Assembly: GCA_037147135.1 (NCBI GenBank)
Contig: JBAWVU010000002.1
Span: forward strand, 1 to 34,072
Direction: 5' to 3'
Source: Chloroflexota bacterium
GTDB taxonomy: Bacteria; Chloroflexota; Limnocylindria; Limnocylindrales; CSP1-4
DNA length: 34,072 bases
In this document: one piece after another, positions 22,940 to 31,338 of the stretch
How the letters are laid out: every line of letters begins with the position of its first letter
Numbering within the stretch: the first letter of the stretch is position 1
Program-made: the position numbers and the translations under genes
The notes under the pieces: generated by a model
Told to the model about the DNA's origin: nothing
The model's database searches: none
What the model saw: only the letters and a program-made list of their open reading frames with translations

Positions 22940-23890
22940 TCAGCCCACTTCCACCACGACGCGTTCGGGCGAGACCCGGGGTGGCAGCTGCACGACCACC
23001 ACGGCGACGAGGATCGCCGCCCCGCCGACAAGCTCGAGCACGGTGAGCTGCTGGCCGAGGGCCAGCGCCGCGACGACGACCGCGACGACCGGCTCCGTCA
23101 GCAAGGCCACGGCCGCCCGGGTGGCGCCGATGAGGCGCACGCCACCGATGATCCAGACCTTGGGCAGCGCGCCGATGGTCCCGGCGCACAGGATCGCGGC
23201 CCAGGCGACAGGCGACGCGAGCCACTCGCCCGCCGCGCCCGCTCCACCGATCACGAGCGCGGCCGTGCCCGAGATCGCCAGCCCGCCGACGAGGACGACC
23301 GCGGTGGCCTGGACGCCGGGCACATCGTCGAACCCACCGCGGACCGCCACCAGGTAGACCGCGTGGCAGGTCGCGGCGATGCCGGCCAGCGCCATGCCGA
23401 CAGCGGTCGCATGGGCCTCGGGACCGAGCTGGCTGCCGAGCACGAGCGCGAGCCCCGCACAGGCGACGGCGAGCGCGAGGATCCGGACGGGCGTGAGCCG
23501 CTCCCGGCCGAGGGCGGCGGATATCAGCGCCACGATCACCGGGTAGCTGTAGAAGATGACCATGACGAGCCCGACGGCCATCGCCCCGAAGGCGAAGAAC
23601 AGGACGAGGTTCATCAGGCCGTTGACGGCCACGGCCAGCGCGAGCATCGCCCGCTGCCGGGACGGCAGCCGGGCGAGGCTGACGGACGGCTGGCGGCGGG
23701 AGAGGACGAGCGCACCCAGGATCGTGGCGCCGATCCCCGCCCGGAGGGCACTGAACGTCGCGGGTTCGACGCCCTGTCCGTACGCAAGGGCCGCGACCGG
23801 CCCGAGGGTTCCCATCGCTGCTGCCGCCGCGAGCACCTTGAGGAGACCGCCGACCGGCCGGTCTGCCGTCGCGCCCACGTCTATCGCCAT
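22940..23890 (-). CDS. EamA/DMT-family transporter
   Basis: 316 aa and very hydrophobic, with about ten predicted transmembrane segments in two halves, as in EamA duplications. ATG at 23890 lies 4 nt after GGAGGA. An upstream GTG at 23914 is possible. Confidence 0.75.
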   Translation of the reverse strand: MAIDVGATADRPVGGLLKVLAAAAAMGTLGPVAALAYGQGVEPATFSALRAGIGATILGALVLSRRQPSVSLARLPSRQRAMLALAVAVNGLMNLVLFFAFGAMAVGLVMVIFYSYPVIVALISAALGRERLTPVRILALAVACAGLALVLGSQLGPEAHATAVGMALAGIAATCHAVYLVAVRGGFDDVPGVQATAVVLVGGLAISGTAALVIGGAGAAGEWLASPVAWAAILCAGTIGALPKVWIIGGVRLIGATRAAVALLTEPVVAVVVAALALGQQLTVLELVGGAAILVAVVVVQLPPRVSPERVVVEVG

Positions 23891-23937
23891 GGTGTCCTCC
23901 GGCCCTGTCCCCACCCGTCGGGGCCATCGATCATCGC

Positions 23938-23967
23938 TTGCATTGCCCGGTGCGCGTCATGTACCAT
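23938..23967 (+). promoter_or_regulatory. Candidate promoter for the ABC transporter operon
   Basis: TTGCAT (23938-23943), an 18-nt spacer, then TACCAT (23962-23967). Operator copy 4 starts 3 nt downstream. Confidence 0.35.
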
Positions 23968-23969
23968 CC

Positions 23970-23985
23970 TCGATAATCGATGATA
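23970..23985. promoter_or_regulatory. Operator-like motif copy 4 (TCGATAATCGATGATA)
   Basis: Identical to copy 2 over 16 nt. It lies in the divergent region between the DMT transporter and the ABC operon. Confidence 0.6.
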
Positions 23986-24232
23986 GGCGCGCATGCGCGG
24001 GGACGCTGCGTGACTCGGAGATCCTCCTGGTCGACGGGCTGGCGAGTCGCCCTCTGCTCTTGATCTTCGATCGCGTTCAGGAGACCATCAGTCAAGATCG
24101 GTGGTGCGCACCGACTCCGTCACGAGGGCGAGTGATGACCAGAGGCGCGCGGTCGGGGGGCAACGGATCCCGGCGGGACTGCACCGTCGCGCGCCGTGAT
24201 CCCGTCCCGCCCCGAGACGGGGACGACGCCTG

Positions 24233-25111
24233 ATGGACCTGGACTTCATCACCCAGTCCCTCGTCATCGGTCTCACCGAGAACGCGCCCCTCGTCCTCGC
24301 CGCGCTCGGCTTCGCCCTGCTGTACAAGCTCACCGGCCTCATCAACGTGGCCTACTCGGAGACCATCACGCTCGGGGCCTACTTCGGGATGTGGCTCAAC
24401 ACGACGTACGGCCTCGACTTCTACACCGTCCTGATCCCCACCGGGCTGCTGGCGGGCGTCCTCAGCGTCGCCACGTATCTCCTCATCTTCCGGCCGGCGA
24501 AGCGACGCGGCGTCGGCGGGCTGGAGATGATCATCATCTCCTTCGGGCTGTCGATCTTCCTGCGGCACGGCCTGCAGTTCGTCTTCGGCTACCCGGTGCG
24601 GTTCTTCGACGTCCCACCACCCGACACGATCATGGTGCTCGGCGTCGGCGTGACGTCGTTCCGCCTGCTCGCCGTCGTGAGCGTCGCGGTGCTCTCCCTG
24701 CTGATCTGGGCCTTCATCCAGCGATCCAGGTACGGCCTCCAGATCCGGGCGCTTGCCAACGACGAGAACCTGGCGAAGGTGAGCGGGATCCGGCCGCTCG
24801 CCGTCACGACGCTGATCTGGTTCATCGCCGGCGTCGCCGGCGGGCTGGCCGGCGCGTTCTACGGCGTCGGGTCGAACGTCTCGCCGCTGCTCGGCTGGCG
24901 ACAGTTCCTCCTCATCCTGATGGTGGCCCTCGTGGGAGGCAGCTGGGGGCTCAGCGGCGTCATCGTCGTCGGGGTGGTCACGAGCGTGGCGCTGGCCGCC
25001 ATGGCGCTCCAGTTCGACCAGGTCATGTACGCGCAGCTGGTGCTGATCGTCGCCTTCGTCGTCGTCCTGAAGGTGCGCGGCAGGCGGCTCACCGAGACGG
25101 CGAAGGTGTAG
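24233..25111 (+). CDS. Branched-chain-amino-acid-type ABC transporter permease (LivH-like)
   Basis: 292 aa, polytopic. The N-terminus MDLDFITQSLVIGLTENAPLVLAALGFALLYKLTGLINVAYSE is typical of the LivH family. Confidence 0.85.
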   Translation: MDLDFITQSLVIGLTENAPLVLAALGFALLYKLTGLINVAYSETITLGAYFGMWLNTTYGLDFYTVLIPTGLLAGVLSVATYLLIFRPAKRRGVGGLEMIIISFGLSIFLRHGLQFVFGYPVRFFDVPPPDTIMVLGVGVTSFRLLAVVSVAVLSLLIWAFIQRSRYGLQIRALANDENLAKVSGIRPLAVTTLIWFIAGVAGGLAGAFYGVGSNVSPLLGWRQFLLILMVALVGGSWGLSGVIVVGVVTSVALAAMALQFDQVMYAQLVLIVAFVVVLKVRGRRLTETAKV

Positions 25112-25115
25112 GGAC

Positions 25116-26054
25116 ATGCTCGACGCGTTTCTGATCACGGGGCTGTTCCAGGTCGTGATGGTGATCGGCCTCGCGCTGCTGCTCCACCTCCAGCTGGGGC
25201 TCGCCCGGATCGCGAACTTCGGCGTCGTCGGGTTCTGGGGCATCGGGATGTACACCTTCGGAGTGCTGTACGTCCAGGTCGACTGGCCGTTCGGGGAGCC
25301 ATTCCAGTTCCTCGTCTGCGCCGCCGCCGCGAGCCTCGTCGCCGGCGCGGCCGGGCTCCTCGTCGGATGGCTCATCGCCGCCCCCGACACCGACGGCGTG
25401 CTCGTAGGCACGCTCGGGTTCGCCGCTGCCGTCCAGATCCTGGCGACCACCCAGGACGACCTCACCGGTGGCGCGCGCGGCATGGGAGGGCTCAGCTTCC
25501 CCTTCGACATCGGCCACGTCAAGGACAACGAGTCCCTGTGGCTGGTGATCATGACCGCCGTCGTCGTCGCGATATTCTTCTACGCCTGGCGGGTCCACCG
25601 TTCGCCCTACGGGCGCCTCCTGATCGCGATGGGCGGCAACGAGCCGCTGGCCCGCAGCCTGGGGAAGTCGACGTTTCGGGCCAAACTCTGGCTGTTCGCC
25701 GTCGGCTCGGCAGGTATGGGATTGATCGGTGCGATGAACGGGGTCATGGCGCGCTACCTCGATGTCGGCAGCCTCGGGGTCGGCATCACCCTCGCCGCGA
25801 TGGTGGGGTTGATCCTGGGCGGCACGGCACGCGTGTGGGGAGCGGTGGTGGGCGTCATCCTCACGGTGGGGCTCTTCGACATCGTGGTCCAGTCCTACCT
25901 GCCGCTCCCCAAGGAGTGGTACAGCCAGGCGCTCCCCGTGCTGAGAGAGGCCGCGTTCGGCCTGACGCTGATGATCGTCCTGCTGTTCCGGCCGATGGGC
26001 CTGCTCGGCGACATGCGGCGCGACAAGCTGATGAGCAAGATGCATGGTCGCTGA
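25116..26054 (+). CDS. Branched-chain-amino-acid-type ABC transporter permease (LivM-like)
   Basis: 312 aa, polytopic. LGLARIANFGVVGFWGIGMY resembles the LivM block (G..slg.aaF.giGAY). Confidence 0.85.
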   Translation: MLDAFLITGLFQVVMVIGLALLLHLQLGLARIANFGVVGFWGIGMYTFGVLYVQVDWPFGEPFQFLVCAAAASLVAGAAGLLVGWLIAAPDTDGVLVGTLGFAAAVQILATTQDDLTGGARGMGGLSFPFDIGHVKDNESLWLVIMTAVVVAIFFYAWRVHRSPYGRLLIAMGGNEPLARSLGKSTFRAKLWLFAVGSAGMGLIGAMNGVMARYLDVGSLGVGITLAAMVGLILGGTARVWGAVVGVILTVGLFDIVVQSYLPLPKEWYSQALPVLREAAFGLTLMIVLLFRPMGLLGDMRRDKLMSKMHGR

Positions 26055-26838
26055 CGTCGTCGACGCCGTCGCCCTGACCCGTCCCCGGATCCGTGTCCAG
26101 GGGGCCGTCAAGAGCTTCTCCGGCCGCGTCGTCGTGGACATCGACGACGCCATCCTGGGCGACCGGCCGATCCAGGGCCTCATCGGACCCAACGGCGCCG
26201 GCAAGACGACGTTGATGCGCATGATCATGCACTCGACCCCGCTCGACCGCGGCAGGATCTCCTTCCTGCCCGAGGGTGGAGGCGAAGTGGTGCTCTCGAG
26301 CCTGCCCGCCCACCGGATGGCGAGCCACGGCGTGGTGAAGTCCAACCAGGTGATCATGGACTTCGACAAGCTCACCATCTGGGATTCGGTCCTGCTCGCC
26401 GTGGCCGAGGCCCGGTACGAGCAGCCCCAGCGGATCTTCAGCGAGCGGACGGTCTTCAAGCAGCACGAGGACGAGATCCGGCACTACCTGGACTACTTCG
26501 GATTCGCCGACCCAACTGCCTTCGCGATGTCGGCCGGCGAGAAGAAACTCCTCGACATCGTGCGCTGCCTGCTCCTGCGGCCGACGTTCCTCCTGCTGGA
26601 CGAGCCGACGGCCGGCCTTCCCGATGAGCTGACCGAGAAGGTCATGAAGGTGGTCAGGGACCTGGCCGGCGCCGGGACCTCGGTGGTGATCGTGGAGCAC
26701 GACCTCAACGTCATCTGGAACCTCTGCGAGGAGGTCCTGTTCATGGCCGAGGGCAAGGTCATCCTGAGAGGCGACCCACAGTCGATCCGCGCGAACAGGA
26801 CCGTCGTCGAGAAGTACCTCGGAGAGGGCCATGTCTGA
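26044..26838 (+). CDS. ABC transporter ATP-binding protein (LivG-like)
   Basis: Walker A GPNGAGKTT, Walker B LLLDEPTAG and H-loop VEHDL are present. The signature motif reads MSAGEKKLL. The gene overlaps the preceding permease by 11 nt. Confidence 0.85.
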   Translation: MVADVVDAVALTRPRIRVQGAVKSFSGRVVVDIDDAILGDRPIQGLIGPNGAGKTTLMRMIMHSTPLDRGRISFLPEGGGEVVLSSLPAHRMASHGVVKSNQVIMDFDKLTIWDSVLLAVAEARYEQPQRIFSERTVFKQHEDEIRHYLDYFGFADPTAFAMSAGEKKLLDIVRCLLLRPTFLLLDEPTAGLPDELTEKVMKVVRDLAGAGTSVVIVEHDLNVIWNLCEEVLFMAEGKVILRGDPQSIRANRTVVEKYLGEGHV

Positions 26839-27547
26839 GACGGCCGGATCCGTCAGCCTCGAGGTCGAAGGCCTGCGCAGCGGCTACCACGGGGTCACCG
26901 TCCTCAAAGGCCTCGACTTCACCGTCGGCGACGAGATCTTCGCCGTGCTGGGAGCCAACGGTGCGGGGAAGACCACGCTGCTGGCGACCCTGGCGCGCCT
27001 GATCCCGCTCATGGCCGGGACGATCAGGTTCCAGGGCGAGGACGTGTCCAGGTTGCCTCCGTACGAGACGGCCGGCCGGGGGATCGGCTACGTGCCCCAG
27101 GAGAAGGGCGTCTTCGCCGACCTCACCGTCCTCGAGAACCTGGCCGTGGGGGGGATGATCGGCACGCGTTCGCGAGGCGAGCGGATGGCCGAGGTGCTCG
27201 AGCTGTTCCCCGATCTGCGGGCCCTCCAGGCACAGAAGGCGGGGACCCTCAGCGGCGGCGAGTCACGCATGGTGGCCTGCGGACGGGCCCTCATGCAGGA
27301 CCCCAGGGTGCTGCTCCTCGACGAGCCCACGGCCGGCCTCTCCCCGCTGTACGTCGACATGTTCTTCGACAAGATCACGGAGATCCACGAGACCAGGGGC
27401 GTAGCCATCGTCCTCGCCGAGCAGAACGCCACCAAGGCGCTCCAGGTCGCCGACCGGGTGATGGTGCTGAGTCTCGGCGAGTCGTTCGCCGTGATGGACG
27501 CCGCCCATCTGACCACCCAGCAGCTCAAGGAGGGATACAGGATCTGA
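26831..27547 (+). CDS. ABC transporter ATP-binding protein (LivF-like)
   Basis: Walker A GANGAGKTT, signature LSGGESRMVA and Walker B LLLDEPTAG are present. GGAGAGGG lies upstream. The gene overlaps the preceding stop by 8 nt. Confidence 0.9.
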   Translation: MSETAGSVSLEVEGLRSGYHGVTVLKGLDFTVGDEIFAVLGANGAGKTTLLATLARLIPLMAGTIRFQGEDVSRLPPYETAGRGIGYVPQEKGVFADLTVLENLAVGGMIGTRSRGERMAEVLELFPDLRALQAQKAGTLSGGESRMVACGRALMQDPRVLLLDEPTAGLSPLYVDMFFDKITEIHETRGVAIVLAEQNATKALQVADRVMVLSLGESFAVMDAAHLTTQQLKEGYRI

Positions 27548-27590
27548 CGGCCCACGCTTCTGGGCACGACACCGAAGGAGGAGACACGCA

Positions 27591-29030
27591 ATGAGAATCC
27601 GTGGCATCAGGTCGGGCCGCATCACGGTCGCGATCGCGGTGCTTGCCCTGCTCGCTGCTGCGTGCAGCAGCAGCGCCACGCCTGCTCCGTCCGGGAGCTC
27701 GGCCGCTCCCTCGACCGCAGCGAGCGCCGCTCCCTCGACCGCAGCGAGCGCCGCTCCCTCGACCGCAGCGAGCCCGGCGCCGTCGATGGCGGGCACGCCG
27801 GTGGTCGTCTGCGAGCTCGCCTACTACACCGGGTCGTTCGCGGACTACGGGAAGTCGCTCACCAACGACGTGCGCTTCCCGATCGAGGAGGTCATCAACC
27901 TCGACCCGCCGCTCGGCCGCCCCTGGCAGCTGCGCTCCGAGGACATCGGGGATGACAAGGAAGGCCAGGCGGCGAAGACCTGCCTCGAGCAGTACGGCGC
28001 CGAGATCCTGGTGAGCATCGCTCACCAGTACAGGACCTACCGCGACTACATGATGGAGTACTGGCAGGAGAACGATTCACCGCTCGGGCCGTCGGTCCAC
28101 GGCGGCGCCATCCCGGGCAACCTCGGAGGCAAGGTCGCGGAGCCGATCTTCCGGGCCCAGGGCCTGGACCAGGCCCTGGGGACATACGGGAGCCTGTACG
28201 CGTCCACGATCGGCGCCAAGAACATCGTGATCTTCGCCACCCAGGTCGAAGGCTTCCAGCTGGCCGCCGACGCGGCCGAGAAGGCTGCCGGCATCCTGGG
28301 CCTCAACGTGCTGGGCCGCCTCGACGTCCCGGCCCAGCAGCCCTCCTACCGGGCCGAGGCACAGAAGCTCGCCGACCTGAAGCCCGATGCCGTCATCGTC
28401 CAGGCGGGATCGACGGAATCCGCCACGCTCATCAAGGCGGCGGCCGAGGCAGGCCTGTCGCTCACCTGGATCGGTGAGACCGGGTGGAGCGAGGCGCAGT
28501 TCATCGGAACGCTGGGCACCGCTCCGATCGCCTCGCAGAAGGCGATCGGCTTCCCTTCGTTCGCGCCCAACAAGACGAGCCCGGCGTGGGCCTTCTTCCA
28601 GCCACTGTGGGACGCACAGCTGCCCGACGTGGCCTATGACGCGACGGGCCAGTATGCCTTCTCGACCTATGACCTCCTGGTCCAGACGGCCCTGGCCGTC
28701 GAGGCCGGGGGTTCGTACAAGGCGAGCTCCTGGGTGCCGGCCATGTTCGACGTCGGCGACCCGCCCGGAGAGATCTGCTACACATACGCCGACTGCCTCG
28801 CCCTGATCCGCGCGGGCAAGGACATCGACTACGAGGGTGTCACCGGCCCCGGCACGTACACCGATGGCGGCGTCAACGCCGTCACCCCGGCGTACGTTCC
28901 GTTCCTCCCGGACGGAACGCCCGGCGAGCCCGTGCTCCTCGATGCCCAGAAGGGGCTGCAGCTTCTCGAGCAGATCGTGACCTATGCGAAGTGCGACCCC
29001 CAGAGCCCGCCCAACAAGTGCGTGTGGTAA
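27591..29030 (+). CDS. ABC transporter substrate-binding lipoprotein (type I periplasmic binding fold, Leu/Ile/Val-binding-like)
   Basis: GAAGGAGGAG lies upstream of the ATG. The signal peptide carries the lipobox LAAAC (Cys25), followed by an Ala/Pro/Ser/Thr linker with three AAPSTAAS repeats. At 479 aa the protein is longer than typical members. Confidence 0.8.
   Translation: MRIRGIRSGRITVAIAVLALLAAACSSSATPAPSGSSAAPSTAASAAPSTAASAAPSTAASPAPSMAGTPVVVCELAYYTGSFADYGKSLTNDVRFPIEEVINLDPPLGRPWQLRSEDIGDDKEGQAAKTCLEQYGAEILVSIAHQYRTYRDYMMEYWQENDSPLGPSVHGGAIPGNLGGKVAEPIFRAQGLDQALGTYGSLYASTIGAKNIVIFATQVEGFQLAADAAEKAAGILGLNVLGRLDVPAQQPSYRAEAQKLADLKPDAVIVQAGSTESATLIKAAAEAGLSLTWIGETGWSEAQFIGTLGTAPIASQKAIGFPSFAPNKTSPAWAFFQPLWDAQLPDVAYDATGQYAFSTYDLLVQTALAVEAGGSYKASSWVPAMFDVGDPPGEICYTYADCLALIRAGKDIDYEGVTGPGTYTDGGVNAVTPAYVPFLPDGTPGEPVLLDAQKGLQLLEQIVTYAKCDPQSPPNKCVW
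27702..27773 (+). repeat. Perfect 24-bp tandem repeat x3 inside the substrate-binding-protein linker
   Basis: GCCGCTCCCTCGACCGCAGCGAGC occurs at 27702, 27726 and 27750. It is in frame and encodes (AAPSTAAS)x3. Confidence 0.95.
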
Positions 29031-29080
29031 CGGGCTGGAACCCGTCTGACGGTCGAGATCCCGTCTGATACCGGTCGAAA

Positions 29081-29115
29081 GGGGCCCTCTGCCATCCGGC
29101 GGAGGGCCCCTTCTC
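29081..29115 (+). terminator. Rho-independent-like terminator after the ABC operon
   Basis: A 9-bp stem, GGGGCCCTC (29081-29089) pairing with GAGGGCCCC (29102-29110), with a 12-nt loop. It is flanked by AAA upstream and TTCTC downstream. Confidence 0.55.
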
Positions 29116-29173
29116 ACGCGAGGCGGCGCCCCCGCCGAGTCGCGGCGACGTCAGACCTCTTGTGTGAGAGCAG

Positions 29174-29235
29174 CGCGCGGGTGGCGGAGCAGGTTCGCGG
29201 CATCCTGCGCGTCGACGGCTGACGGGCGCCGATCG
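29174..29235 (+). repeat. Direct repeat copy 2: orphan copy of the 3' end of the transketolase C-subunit gene
   Basis: ...GTGGCGGAGCAGGTTCGCGGCATCCTGCGCGTCGACGGCTGACGGGCGCCGATCG matches 22743-22804, including the stop codon and 13 nt beyond it. No upstream coding similarity remains. Confidence 0.85.
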
Positions 29236-29252
29236 CCCCGCCCGCCGTATCG

Positions 29253-29960
29253 TCAGGTCCGCCGCGGCGGGGGCGCCGTGATCCGCGCGGCCGACCCGTC
29301 CGCGCCGTCCGTCCAGCTCTGCCCGAGCTTGGCGCTGGCCTCGTCGAAGTGGTGGCGAAGCGCCGCCACGACGAGCTCCGGGTCGCGCCTGCGCAGCGCC
29401 TCGAGGATCCCGCGGTGGAGATCCGCGGTCCACTGCGCGTCGGCACCCGGCGCGAGGAGGGTGATGTAGGTCCGCGAGAACGGCTCGAGGGACCGCCAGA
29501 CTCGCTCGAGGGTGGCGTTGTGAGTGATGGCGATGATCCGCGCGTGGAAGTCGGCGTCCGCCATCGCCACCGCATGCTGGTCTCCGACCGCGGCCGCACG
29601 TTGCATCTCCCGGCCGTACGCCTCGAGCTCCTCGAGGTCAGCGTCCGTCATGCGTGGCACGGCGAGACGCGCGCCGAGTGACTCGAGCTCGGAGCGGACC
29701 GCGTACGCCTCGAGCAGCTCACGGGCGGTCGGACGCCGGACCCGGGCTCCACGGAACGGCGCGATCTCGACGACCCCGAGCGCCTCGAGCCCGCGCAGCG
29801 CCTCTCGCACCGGAGCCTGGCTCGTCCCCAGCTCCCGGGCCACGGCGGTCTCCACGATCCGCGAGTGCGGCGGGTAGCGTCCGGACATGATGTCCTGCAG
29901 GAGCCGGTCCTTGACCATGTCCGCGAGGACGCTGCGTGAGATCGAAGCGCTGTCGGGCAT
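29253..29960 (-). CDS. GntR family transcriptional regulator, FadR subfamily (FCD domain), copy 2
   Basis: ATG at 29960 lies 5 nt after GAGGGA. 235 aa. It is colinear with the 12218-12895 protein, with roughly two-thirds of residues identical by eye. The helix-turn-helix segment GTSQAPVREALR.LEA.GVVE is almost unchanged. Confidence 0.9.
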   Translation of the reverse strand: MPDSASISRSVLADMVKDRLLQDIMSGRYPPHSRIVETAVARELGTSQAPVREALRGLEALGVVEIAPFRGARVRRPTARELLEAYAVRSELESLGARLAVPRMTDADLEELEAYGREMQRAAAVGDQHAVAMADADFHARIIAITHNATLERVWRSLEPFSRTYITLLAPGADAQWTADLHRGILEALRRRDPELVVAALRHHFDEASAKLGQSWTDGADGSAARITAPPPRRT

Positions 29961-30129
29961 CAGGATCCCTCTCGACGGAGGGGGCCGACACGACGTCCGG
30001 ATGCTCCGTCGACCGAAGCGCTCCCGGGCCCCCTCGCGTCGCGGCACGAACTCGCCGGAAGGGCAGGTCCAGTGGCGACCGCGGCGCTGTCTCCGTCAGT
30101 CTAGCGCGCGGCTCGGCCCGCGCCGGGCA

Positions 30130-31317
30130 CTATCCGACAGGAGGCCCAGCCATCCTCGTGTAGTAGCGCCGGAACGACACGAGCGGTACCTCGCGCGTGC
30201 GGCACGCGGCGTCGAGGCCGAGCTTGCGCGTGACGACGTCGGCCGTCTTCTCGGCCATCACGCGCGCGGTGGACATCTTGCCCCCGGCGATCGTCACGAA
30301 GCCCTCCACGCCGTCCCGCTCAGCGTGGTCGAACACCTGGAACGTCCGGCTGAGCTCGCGCTCGCTCGCGCCCGGCTGAGCGATCAGCGGCCGTGCAGCG
30401 GCGTTGATGGAGTAGATGGGGTAGCGGGCGATCGCCGGGACGATCGTCGCCCCGGCCTGCATGAGGAAGTCGATGTGGTCCGGCGGAGGGCGCAACTGCT
30501 CGCAGTCTGCCACCGTCCACGAGGTGGTGCCGAGGATCGTCTGGTTGCGCAGGGGCACGACGAAATCGCCGCTGGACGGCCGGTGCATGAGGTTGATGAT
30601 GCGCTGGGTGAACCGCTTGGCGATGATCACGTGGGCGCCCGGGCTCAGGCTGAGCGGGACGCGGATCCCGGCCATGGTCGACACCTTGTCGGCCCACGGG
30701 CCGGCGGCATTGACGACCAGGTCGGCTTTGACGTCGAACCGCTCGCCGCTGACGCGGTCCCAGGCCGCGACCCCGGTCACCCGGTTCCCCTGCATGAGGA
30801 ACCCCTCCACCTCCGTGTAGGGCCGGAAGCGCGCCCCGTTGACCCGCGCGGTGGCCGCGAACGCCAGTGTGAAGCGCAGCGGCTCGGCCACGCCGTCCGG
30901 GATGATCGCGGCACGGGTGATCTCGCGGGTGACGTTGGGCTCCAGGCTCCAGACCTGCTCCGGCGTGATCTCCTCGACCGGGACGCCGCAGGTATCGCAG
31001 CCGTCGAAGAAGCGGTCGGCGTAGGAGGGATCATCGGACTCCAGCAGGATGAAGAGCCCGCCGTTGGTCTCGATGGTGTGCGGCGGCATGATCCGCTTGA
31101 GGATCTCGTTCTCCACGATGGCCTCGACAGCGGACTCGGTGTCGGTGACCACGTAGCGAGCCCCGCTGTGCAGGAAGCAGCTGCAGCGCCCGGTGGTGGC
31201 TGACGCCAGGTCGCCACGCTCGACCAGCACGACCTCGAAGTCGCGGAGCGACAGGTCATGTGCCAGGGCGCAGCCGGTCGAACCACCCCCGATGACCAGC
31301 ACTCGCTTCTGTGCCAC
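30130..31317 (-). CDS. FAD-dependent oxidoreductase (GlpA / glycerol-3-phosphate dehydrogenase-like DAO fold)
   Basis: GTG at 31317 lies 8 nt after GAGGAG. VLVIGGGSTGCALAHDLSLRDFEVVLVE is a GxGxxG dinucleotide fold. LHSGARY, NAAGPWAD and GGKMSTARVMAE are GlpA/GlpD-like blocks. Confidence 0.75.
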   Translation of the reverse strand: MAQKRVLVIGGGSTGCALAHDLSLRDFEVVLVERGDLASATTGRCSCFLHSGARYVVTDTESAVEAIVENEILKRIMPPHTIETNGGLFILLESDDPSYADRFFDGCDTCGVPVEEITPEQVWSLEPNVTREITRAAIIPDGVAEPLRFTLAFAATARVNGARFRPYTEVEGFLMQGNRVTGVAAWDRVSGERFDVKADLVVNAAGPWADKVSTMAGIRVPLSLSPGAHVIIAKRFTQRIINLMHRPSSGDFVVPLRNQTILGTTSWTVADCEQLRPPPDHIDFLMQAGATIVPAIARYPIYSINAAARPLIAQPGASERELSRTFQVFDHAERDGVEGFVTIAGGKMSTARVMAEKTADVVTRKLGLDAACRTREVPLVSFRRYYTRMAGPPVG

Positions 31318-31338
31318 GGTCCCATCTCCTCGCGCCGC

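Noticed and set aside
26044-26838. Degenerate ABC signature (MSAGE instead of LSGGQ) in the first ATPase as a sign of an inactive subunit
   Set aside because: LivG-type ATPases commonly read LSxGQ. The S-x-G-(Q/E) core, Walker A, Walker B and H-loop are all intact, so this is within normal family variation.
27702-27773. Repeated units that could suggest a CRISPR array
   Set aside because: The units are contiguous 24-bp tandem copies with no spacers. They lie in frame inside a lipoprotein gene, and there are no cas genes.
22743-29235. Integrative mobile element or transposon delimited by the 62-bp direct repeats
   Set aside because: I saw no integrase, recombinase, transposase or terminal inverted repeats between or beside the repeats. 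It is kept as a rearrangement footprint, not called a mobile element.
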